Source: Octopus vulgaris
Taxonomy: Eukaryota
Reading direction: 5' to 3'
DNA: 64,000 nucleotides
Assembly: GCA_951406725.2 (NCBI GenBank)
Contig: OX597839.1
Span: forward strand, 39,246,001 to 39,310,000
Both the position numbers and the translations under genes were made by a program. Below are positions 55,112 through 64,000 of this stretch, piece by piece. How positions within the stretch are numbered: position 1 is the stretch's first letter; each line of letters begins with the position of its first letter. A model generated the notes under the pieces. That model saw only the letters and a program-made list of their open reading frames with translations, made no database searches and was not told where the DNA came from.

Positions 55112-55802
55112 ATGTACAAACACAGAAGCCACATGCAAAAGCTTGCATGTATATAAACCATTCATATTGCGTGTATATATCCAGTAAAGATCAGTATCAA
55201 TGGTTTCTTTTTTTATTAATAGGAAGTGCACTCACTCACACACCCTCACTCACACTCACACTTGAGCAGATTTACCGACGACTCTCCTAATTAGTATTAG
55301 TTTCTTGTTTTTAATTATTTACCTGCAATGGAAGATATCAGTATCTCGTTCACTATCATCACCATCATCATCATGAATATAACTATCATCATCATCACTA
55401 TCACAACCACCATCATCAACACCACAACCACCATCATCACTATCACCACCACCATCATCACTATCACCACCACCATCATCACTATCACCACCACCATCAT
55501 CACTATCACAACCACCACCATCATCATCAACACCACCACCATCACTATCACTACCACCACCACCACTATCACCACCATCATCACTATCACCACCACCACC
55601 ATCATCATCAACACCACCACCATCATCATCAACACCACCATCATCATCACTATCACCACCACCACCATCATCATCAACACCACCACCACCATCATCACTA
55701 TCACTACCACAACCACCATCATCATCAACACCACCACCATCATCATCATCCTCTCTCCCACTATAATATGAATGTCACTACCACCACCACCACCACCGCT
55801 GC
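54944..55802. repeat. Foldback-like inverted repeat with trinucleotide-array arms
   Basis: Unique 30-mer at 54961-54990 is the reverse complement (1 mismatch) of 55750-55779. Arms are (GAT/GGT)n at 54991-55073 and (CAT/CAC)n at ~55350-55749. Confidence 0.85.
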
Positions 55803-56291
55803 CATTGTCTTCCCTATCTTTGTCCTTGTAACCATCCTCACCTTAAACGGTCGTGTTTGGTGATCCATCTGAACATCGGTCAATGGTTCTCTCGACCAGT
55901 CTGTCCAGGTTAGGCAGTCCTCTCTCACACACACACACACACATACACCATTAATGGCGTTCCTGTTCCCAACAACTCATGCATAACTGAATGCATCCGT
56001 GCATATCTAAGGCTTGGGTTTATTACAAGTACAACATGGCTTCTCTGTCAACTAGTTTAAAAGAAATCACCATCGTTGCTATTACCTCTCTAAGTGTAGA
56101 CCTGTGAGTCAGAGAAGGGAAATTAGAGAGGGCACTCGGCCTTGGACAGTGGAGTTCCTCAATTGTCCCTAGAGGTCATCCTGTATCAGGAGGATTATAT
56201 CTCTATCATCAACCACCTTTTAAAATTTATTTTTAATTTTTAACCTTTGTATACTGCGTATTTCTCTTCATTTTCATTGTATACTCTCTTT

Positions 56292-56700
56292 ACTCTTTTA
56301 CTTGTTTCAGTCATTTGACTGCGGCCATGCTGGAGCACCGCCTTTAGTCGAGAAAATCGACCCTGGGACTTATTCTTTGTAAGCCCAGTACTTACTCTAT
56401 CGATCTCTTTTGCCGAACCGCTAAGTGACGGGGACGTAAACACACCAGCATCGGTTGTCAAGCAATGCTAGAGGGACAAACACAGACACACAAACATATA
56501 CATACACATACATACATATATATATATACATATATACGACAGGCTTCTTTCAGTTTCCGTCTACCAAATCCACTCACAAGGCATTAGTCAGCCCGAGTCT
56601 ATAGCAGAAGACACTTGCCCAAGATGCCACGCAGTGGGACTGAACCCAGAACCATGTGGTTGGTAGGCAAGCTACTTACCACACAGCCACTCCTGCGCCT
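56292..56700 (-). mobile_element. Family-A SINE (others at 51565-51843, 58403-58752, 60068-60600, all -)
   Basis: Full-length match. Confidence 0.9.
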
Positions 56701-57359
56701 ATACTGTGTATACTTATATTTTTTTTTTGTTATCCATGTATTTTATTTCTTTATTGCCCACAAGGGGCTAAACACAGAAGGGACAAACAAAGACAGACAA
56801 AAGGATTAAGTCGATTATATTGACCCCAGTGCGTAACTGGTACTTAATTTATCGGCCCCGAAAGGATGAAAGGCAAATTCGACCTAGGCGGAATATATTT
56901 AATTCCAAATATGAATATATATATATATATATAGTTAATCCAAACATGGAAGCCCCAAAAAAAACACAACAACACGAGGACGTGGAACAAATATAGTATT
57001 ATTGGACGCTCAGGAAAGAAGGAGGGTTTAACGTTTCAAGTGGAGCTCTTCGTCGGAAACATAGGTGAAGGAAAGATCCAGAGAAGGGAAGACAGAGGAA
57101 AAAAAAAGATATATGAGATGGGCTTCTTTCAGTTTCCATCTACTAAATCCACATACAAGGCTCTAGTCAGCCAAATGCTATAGCAGAAGACTCTTGCCCA
57201 AGGTGCCATGCAGTGGGACTGAACCTGGAGCCATGTGGTTGGTAAACAAGCTACTTACTACACAACCAGAGAGAGAGAGAGAGAGAGATACATATGCATG
57301 TACAAACACACATTGATGTGTAGGGGGTAGCATTATTATTTGACTGTATGAAAGCTTTC

Positions 57360-57585
57360 AGGTCAATAGGTCAATATCTTTACTAATTAGCCATCAACAG
57401 AAATTCGTAAATATGGTTCTGGCACTGCTCTTTTAAAAGATTGGTTAATTATAAATTGACTCCTGGATCTCTGCCATCGGTTCTTCTTCTTCTCCCTCTT
57501 TGTGTATTTATTTTTATTTTTTAAACTTTTACCAGTTCTTCAGCCAAAATTTCGCCAAGTTTGATTTACAGGTGACCTTTGACCT
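57360..57585. promoter_or_regulatory. Candidate nuclear-receptor response elements (DR2 and DR1)
   Basis: AGGTCAatAGGTCA at 57360-57373 and TGACCTtTGACCT at 57573-57585 in apparently unique intronic DNA. Confidence 0.35.
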
Positions 57586-57654
57586 TTCCAAATTGGATAA
57601 TACATACATACATACAACAACTGCTCCACTGATCGAGACAGGGAAGGAAGGAGG

Positions 57655-57701
<47 letters not shown>

Positions 57702-58328
57702 AGAGGAAGAAAAGAAGAGTGGAAGAGGAAGGAGTAAATAACTTGATCAACTATAAATAATTAATCAAGGAAGGTTGCCATAAAAAACCCCTTCCGAGAA
57801 CCCACCCCTCACCCCCACCCTACCCCGTCCCATACGAGTAGTGTTGATAAGGGGAATGGTTGCGTAAGGTCTCTGTGCGAGGTGGTGGGGGGTCGTTTAC
57901 AAACGGTCGAGAGCGTGGCGTTAATTCGTTTAAACAAGTTCGTTTCCGCATGTTCTGTTTGTTTCATTAGGTGCCGTTAATTAATTTAATTATCATATCC
58001 CATCACCACAAACACACACACGCATGCATGCACATATATATATATGCGTGCAATTGCCTACGGCTAAATGACCCCAAGATGAGAGCCACAATGCAGTTGT
58101 CTGATTGGCTAGAGATAGCAACCAAATTTAATCTCGACCCCCCCCACCCCAACCGTTCTCTCTCAAATTAAGAATATTGGCATATGTTAATATGTTAACA
58201 AAACATTGACAATAGATAATATATATATATATACATATACAAATATATATGCATGCAAGAAGGTATGTTTGTGTGTATACATACAGGAGGGTGTGGATGT
58301 GTGTGTATATATATATATGCACATACAC

Positions 58329-58371
<43 letters not shown>

Positions 58372-59616
58372 CACACAAGGTATCTATAAGACTACACATA
58401 CATACTCTTTTACTTGTTTCAGTCATATGACTGTGGCCATGCTGGAGCACCGCCTTTACTTGAGCAAATCAACCCCAGGACTTATTCTTTGTAAGCCAAG
58501 TATTTATTCTATCTGTCTCTTTTCCCGAACCGCTAAGTTACAGGGACATAAACACACCAGCATCGGTAGTCAAACGATGTTGGGGGCACAAACAGACACA
58601 CACAAGCATATAGACACACACATACATATATATATACATATATATGATGGGCTTCTTTCAGTTTCCGTCTACCAAATCTACTCACAAGGCTTTGGTCAGC
58701 CCGAGGCTATAGTAGAAGATACTTGCCCAAGGTGCCATGCAGTGGGACTGAACATGTACATATATGTATCCGTTTCTTTACTACATGACTTTGTAAATGA
58801 ACAATCTGGTGTGTTTATTTTAATGGCCTACCAATGAATACAGTGAGTTTCTTTGCCCTAGGTGTCGGGAAGACACTTGACAAGAAATTGAAACAAAATT
58901 GAAAGAAGAGGATAATGATGATAATGAAAATAATAATAATCTTTTCTATTATAGGCACAAGGCCTGCAATTTTGGTGGATGGGGATTAATTGATTACATC
59001 AACCCCAGTGCTTGATTGGTACTCATTTTATCAGCCCCCGAAAGGACGAAAGTCAAAGTTGACCAAAGTGGAATTCGAACTCAGAACATAAGGGCAGATG
59101 AAATGTCGCTAATGATATTAATCATCATCATCATCATCGTTTAACATCCGTTTTCCATGCTAGCATGGGTTGGACGGTTCAACTGGGGTCTGGGAAGCCA
59201 GAAGGCTGCACCAGGCCCAGTCTGATCTGGCAGTGTTTCTACGGCTGGATGCCCTTCCTAACGCCAACCACTCCGTGAGTGTAGTGGGTGCTTTTTACGT
59301 GCTGGCAAATGGCCACGATCGGATGGTGCTTTTTACGTGCCACCGACACGGGAAAATAATAATAACCTTTTCTATTATAGGCACAAGGACTGGAATTTTG
59401 GTGGATGGGGATAAATTGATTACATCAACCCCAGTGCTTGATTAGAACTCATTTTATCAGCCCCGAAAGGACGAAAGGCAAAGTTGACCAAAGTGGAATT
59501 CGAACAGAACATAAGAGCAGATGAAATACCGTTAATGATATCAATAAAAATAATAAACGAGAAAGCGGCCCCAGGTATTTATGGAAGAAAGAAACATAAA
59601 TGTTAAGTGACTGTAC

Positions 59617-59742
59617 CTTTATATTTTTCCACTATAACTTCATATTTCCCAGCTTGGAAGTGCTTACGGAACAATTCTTGTGGTAAACTCCAGATCTGTC
59701 GACCTATATTGTTCTCGATAATTGTACAAGATGTATTTAAGG
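59617..59742 (-). CDS. TNFR-like receptor exon: N-terminal half of death-domain-like region
   Basis: Strong acceptor ttttctctgtcttttcag, donor AAAG|gtacag, 126 nt, phase 1-1, open frame ALNTSCTIIENNIGRQIWSLPQELFRKHFQAGKYEVIVEKYK. Absent from the ORF track. Confidence 0.8.
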
Positions 59743-59789
59743 CTGAAAAGACAGAGAAAACAAGAAAACAGTGATGAATCTATATATAT

Positions 59790-59990
59790 ATGGGCATATA
59801 ACGGGAAGGTTTATGAAAATAAACAAAAGACGAAGGCAGGTGGAGTACAAACAAACAAATGTATTAGTATAGCGCTCAGGAATAGAAATAGAAAAAATCT
59901 TTTATGTTTCGAGCCTACGCTCTTCGACAGAAAGATACACAGAAAAAAACAAGGAGAGAAAAAAATGCGTGTAGGAGCTAACGATCTATC
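59790..59990 (-). mobile_element. Short Penelope-like remnant with degenerate hammerhead-like motif
   Basis: Reverse complement of 59899-59934 reads cttt-CTGTCGA-agagc(gtag)gctc-GAAAC-ata-aaag. Begins at a (TA)n tract. Confidence 0.45.
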
Positions 59991-60892
59991 ATGTCTATAT
60001 GTAACTATATTTGGAACACATATGCATAATATTATACATGTACATGCATTCTTTTATTCTTTTTTTCTTTTATTTGTTTCAGTCATTTGACTGCAGCCAT
60101 GCTGGAGTGCCGCCTTTAGTCGAACAAATTGATGCCATAACTTATTCTTTGTAAGCCTAGTACTTATTCTTTCGGTCTCATTGCAGAACCGCTACGTTAC
60201 ATGGATGTAAACACACCAGCATCAGTTGTCAAGCGATGTTGTGGGGGACAAACAGAGATACACATATATATATATCATCATCATTGTTGTTTAACGTCCG
60301 TTTTCCATGCTAGCATGGGTTGGACGGTTCAACTGGGGTCTGGGAAGCCAGAAGGCTGCGCCAGACCCAGTCTGATCTGGCAGTGTTTCTACAGCTGGAT
60401 GCCCTTCCTAACGCCAACCACTCCGTGAGTGTAGTGAGTGCTTTTTACGTGCCATATATATATATATGTGTATATATATGTTGGGCTTCTTTCAGTTTCC
60501 GTCTACCAAATCCACTCACAATGCTTTGAACGGCCCGAGGCTATAGTAGAAGACACTTGCCCAAGGTGCCATGTGGTTGGTAAGCAAGCTACTTACCACA
60601 TATTCACACTAGCACCTATATACCATTACATATATATATATATATGAGGGGTTGCCAAAACGTTCCTGGCTGTAAAGGGATCATGAAAGGCCTGGTTGGA
60701 GGCCTGACCATCTGAGTTCTTTTTCCAGCTATGTACCTTCATTCAGGGTCTGTCCACAAATGTAGTTTACTTCAAAAATAGCTGTGTGTATGTGAGGAGG
60801 AAACAGAAAAGAATCCTTCCACCCTTAATCCCAACCTCTTCCCACCCTGCCAACAAACAGACTAACAGATATATAACCAAACGACTGCTTAC

Positions 60893-61144
60893 CTTGTTTG
60901 CAATATTTTTCATCTTTTTTCGCGTTCTCTATCACCTGAGAGACGACGGCGTCGAGCTCCTCCTGGGTGGGTGCCCGCTTCTTGTGACTGCGTGACCTCG
61001 GTCGATGGAAGCAAAAGTAATAACACAATGCAACTATCACCCCGACAAACAATAAGACACTCACACAGCCAACGATGATTGCCGTATTACTAGATTCTTC
61101 CACTTTCGGCTTCTCTGTTGTCAAGTTGTCACAGTTGACAATAT
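60893..61144 (-). CDS. TNFR-like receptor exon: stalk, transmembrane helix, juxtamembrane region
   Basis: Acceptor cgttttttcag, donor G|gtaagc, 252 nt, phase 1-1. Encodes DIVNCDNLTTEKPKVEESSNT, TM AIIVGCVSVLLFVGVIVALCYYFCF, basic stop-transfer HRPRSRSHKKR, then APTQEELDAVVSQVIENAKKDEKYCKQ. Confidence 0.9.
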
Positions 61145-61872
61145 CTGAAAAAACGACGGTGGGGAAAAAAAATGATTGACATAAAAGTAGTGCAGGTGGT
61201 GGTGGGATGGGTCTAACAATTATAGTATTGGTAGGTGATGGTGGTCTTGGTTGTAGTATATGTTGTAGTGGTTATGGCTGCAATGATTGTAGTGGTGGTG
61301 GTAATGGTATAGGCTGTAGAATAAATTGTAGTGGTTGTGGCTGTAATGATTGTAATGGTGGAGGTGGTAATCATATAGGCTGTAGTATAAGTTGTAGCGG
61401 TTGCAGCTGTAATGATTGTAGTGGTGGTGGTTGCAGAAGTTATAGTAGAGGTGGTGGTGGTAACGGTATAGGCTGTAGTATAATTTGTAGTGGTTGTGGC
61501 TGTAATGATTGTAATGGTGGTGGTTGCTGAAGTTATAGTAGAGGTGGTGGTGGGTGTGGTAGTTATAGCACTGACAGTGACAGTTGTTGCTGTAGTGAAG
61601 GCAGTGGTGGCAGTTGTAGTCAGGTCAGGTGGTTACAGTGATGGTAGCAGGTGTGGTAGTTACTGAGACACAGGATGCAGGGTAGACGGGCTCAAGGATC
61701 CTGCTCATCAACATATTATTCTTAGGTGGAGGGCATCTTAACATGGGGCCTTAGGAAGCTTGGGAGGGTTACTGTGGCTGCAGCTGTGTCTTTATGTCAG
61801 TATACATGGGTGTGATTTTTACTGTATGGTGTTTGTTTTAGCTTGAAATGACCGACCAAGAAAACAATAGCT

Positions 61873-62508
61873 TTAACCCTTTCATTACCAACCGGCTCTG
61901 GCTCTGTAATATAAATTTTTGTCTTCAAGAGTTCTGAATTAAAATCTTCCACCAAACCTTAGTCACAATGTATGTTCCTAACACTAGCTTAATGATAATG
62001 AAGTTATTTTACTAAATTCTTCGTTATATTTGAAGTAATTGAAAGAAACACAGAGCATTTCAACAGAAATATGGTAACAAATGTCTCGTTTCCATAAGTT
62101 TTGAATTAAAATCTTCTGCCAAACCTTAGTCACAATTTATGTTCTTAACATTAACTGAATGCTAACTAAGTTATTTCACGAAATTCTTTGTTATATTTAA
62201 AATTAATTGAAAGAAACACAGAGCATCTCAACAGAGATATGGTAATGAAAGAGTTAAAATATATAATAGAGAAACAATTCTTAACCCTTTCATTACCAAC
62301 CTGGCTGAAATCGGCCCTGGATCTGAGTACAAATGTCTTGTTTTCATAAGTTTTGAATTAAAATCTTCCACCAAACCTTAGTCACAATTTATGTTCTTAA
62401 CACTAGCTGAATGATAACTATGTTATTTTACTAAATTCTTTGTTATGTTTAAAGTAATTGAAAGAAACACAGAGCATCTCAAAATAAATAGGGCAACGAA
62501 AGGGTTAA
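61873..62508. mobile_element. piggyBac-like MITE multimer, same family as 38939-39454
   Basis: TTAA-CCCTTTCATTAC start, AACGAAAGGG-TTAA end, three internal repeats. Confidence 0.85.
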
Positions 62509-62532
62509 AAATGATTAAAAAAAATAACTTAC

Positions 62533-62609
62533 CATCCATCACAGGTCCACAGACATTGTCAAATGTCCCGTTACTCTTCTTCAATGTACATCGAGATACC
62601 TTTTCACAA
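62533..62609 (-). CDS. TNFR-superfamily-like receptor, first exon in window (end of Cys-rich extracellular domain)
   Basis: Acceptor cttgtcttgcag, donor G|gtaagt. Encodes CEKVSRCTLKKSNGTFDNVCGPVMD, resembling the C...G..D.VC end of a TNFR cysteine-rich repeat, with an NGT sequon. Phase-1 donor matches the next exon. Confidence 0.8.
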
Positions 62610-62748
62610 CTGCAAGACAAGTGTATATAGGTATTGATACATGTGTATATATACATACATATATACATACATATAAAATAAGTTGTGAAAATATTCATGA
62701 AGTTCTTGAAGTGGCCAACCCACAAAAATAATAAAGGTGTATCCGCTG

Positions 62749-63716
62749 GAGTGGCTGTGTGGTAAGTAGCTTGCTAACCAACCACATGGTTCAGGGTTCA
62801 ATCCCACTGCGTGACATCTTGGGCAAGTGTCTTCTGCTATAGCCCCGGGCCGACCAATGCCTTGTGAGTGGATTTGGTAGACGGAAACTGAAAGAAGCCT
62901 GTCGTATATATGTGTATATATATATATATATATATGTGTATGTTTGTGTGTCTGTGTTTGTCCCCCTAGCATTGCTTGACAACCGATGCTGGTGTGTTAA
63001 TGTCCCCGTTACTTAGCGGTTCGGCAAAATTGACCGATAGAATAAGTACTGGGCTTACAAAGAATAAGTCCTGGGGTCGATTTGCTCGACTAAAGGTGGT
63101 GCTCCAGCATGACCGCAGTCAAAATGACTGAAACAAGTAAAAGAGTAAAGAGAGAGAGAGCTTGAATGGAAACAAAAGATATAGAATGTTTTGCATATGA
63201 ACCACATGGTTCTGGTAGCAAAAAGTTACAAAAGTTAACCAAGGATCAAAAATGGTTTCATGCAAGGTGCTTATCAAACTAGAATAAAATGCAAGCGATT
63301 CCTCATTAGATGGAGGGAATGATAGGATTTTCTCTGGAATGTTCATTTATTACTCTTTTACTTGTTTCAGTCATTTGACTGTGGCCATGCTGGAGAACCA
63401 CTTTTAGTCAAGCAAATCGCTCCCAGGACTTATTCTTTGTAAGCCTAGTACTTATTTTATCGGTCTCTTTTACGGGAATGTAAACACACCAGCATTGGTT
63501 ATCAAGCGATGTTGGGGGGACAAACCCAACACACACATATTTATACATATATACGACGGGCTTCTTTCAGTTTCCATCAACCAAATCCACTCACAAGGCT
63601 TTGGTCGGCCCAAGGCTATAGTAGAAGACACTTGCCCAAGGTGCCGCACAGTGGGACTGAACCCGGAATGATGTGATTCATAAGCAAGCTACTTACCACA
63701 CAGCCACTCCTACACC
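62749..63716. mobile_element. Tail-to-tail family-A SINE pair (62749-63146 +, 63351-63716 -)
   Basis: Opposite orientations with a ~200-bp spacer, just upstream of the Cys-rich exon. Confidence 0.9.
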
Positions 63717-63747
<31 letters not shown>

Positions 63748-64000
63748 CATCATCATTTAATGTCTGCTTTCCATGCTGACATAGATTAAACAACTTGATT
63801 GGAACTGGTATATATATATATCTGTGTGTGTGTGTATGAATAACTAAGAGACAAAAGAAATGATTGATTAGTTGACAGTAAGGAGTGAAATTGAACCAAT
63901 GCATTTGTGTATTTATTATTATTGGTGTTATGACCCTCCCAAGATGTGAGATTTCTTTTAACACACCAACTCCCATTAGGAATTTTACAAACCAAATACA

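Noticed and set aside
55315-55771. Mucin-like Thr/Ile ORF and Val/Met ORF
   Set aside because: Both are read-throughs of a CAT/CAC trinucleotide array.
55842-55920. Possible extra minus-strand exon (donor AAG|gtgagg)
   Set aside because: No polypyrimidine acceptor, phase does not fit the phase-1 chain, and the death-like domain is contiguous without it.
61207-61530. Cys/Gly-rich ORF resembling metallothionein or keratin-associated protein
   Set aside because: Degenerate (TGT/AGT/GGT)n repeat antisense within an intron, continuing past the stop codon.

Overview
AT-rich, microsatellite-dense eukaryotic DNA. The repeat families point to an octopus (cephalopod) genome; this is inferred from memory of those families, not from a search. 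Nearly all ORFs in the supplied track are artefacts of (TA)n/(CA)n/(AAT)n tracts or SINEs. One protein-coding gene can be assembled by hand on the minus strand from five GT-AG exons with matching phases (62609-62533, 61144-60893, 59742-59617, 31758-31606, 29689-29160). It encodes the C-terminal ~378 aa of a TNF-receptor-like type I membrane protein: end of a Cys-rich domain, TM helix, PTQEE TRAF-type motif, a death-domain-like region split by a 27.9-kb intron, and a polyQ/polyH tail. Its 5' exons lie beyond the right edge. The rest is mobile DNA: three tRNA-derived SINE families, CR1, RTE and R4/Dong-like LINE relics, piggyBac-like and hAT MITEs with target-site duplications, and minisatellites amplified from inside retroelements. 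The least expected signal is a set of type I hammerhead ribozyme motifs in several unrelated short elements inserted in (TA)n tracts, one within a ~358-nt terminally repeated retrozyme/Penelope-like unit. Everything was read by eye, so repeat boundaries are approximate.
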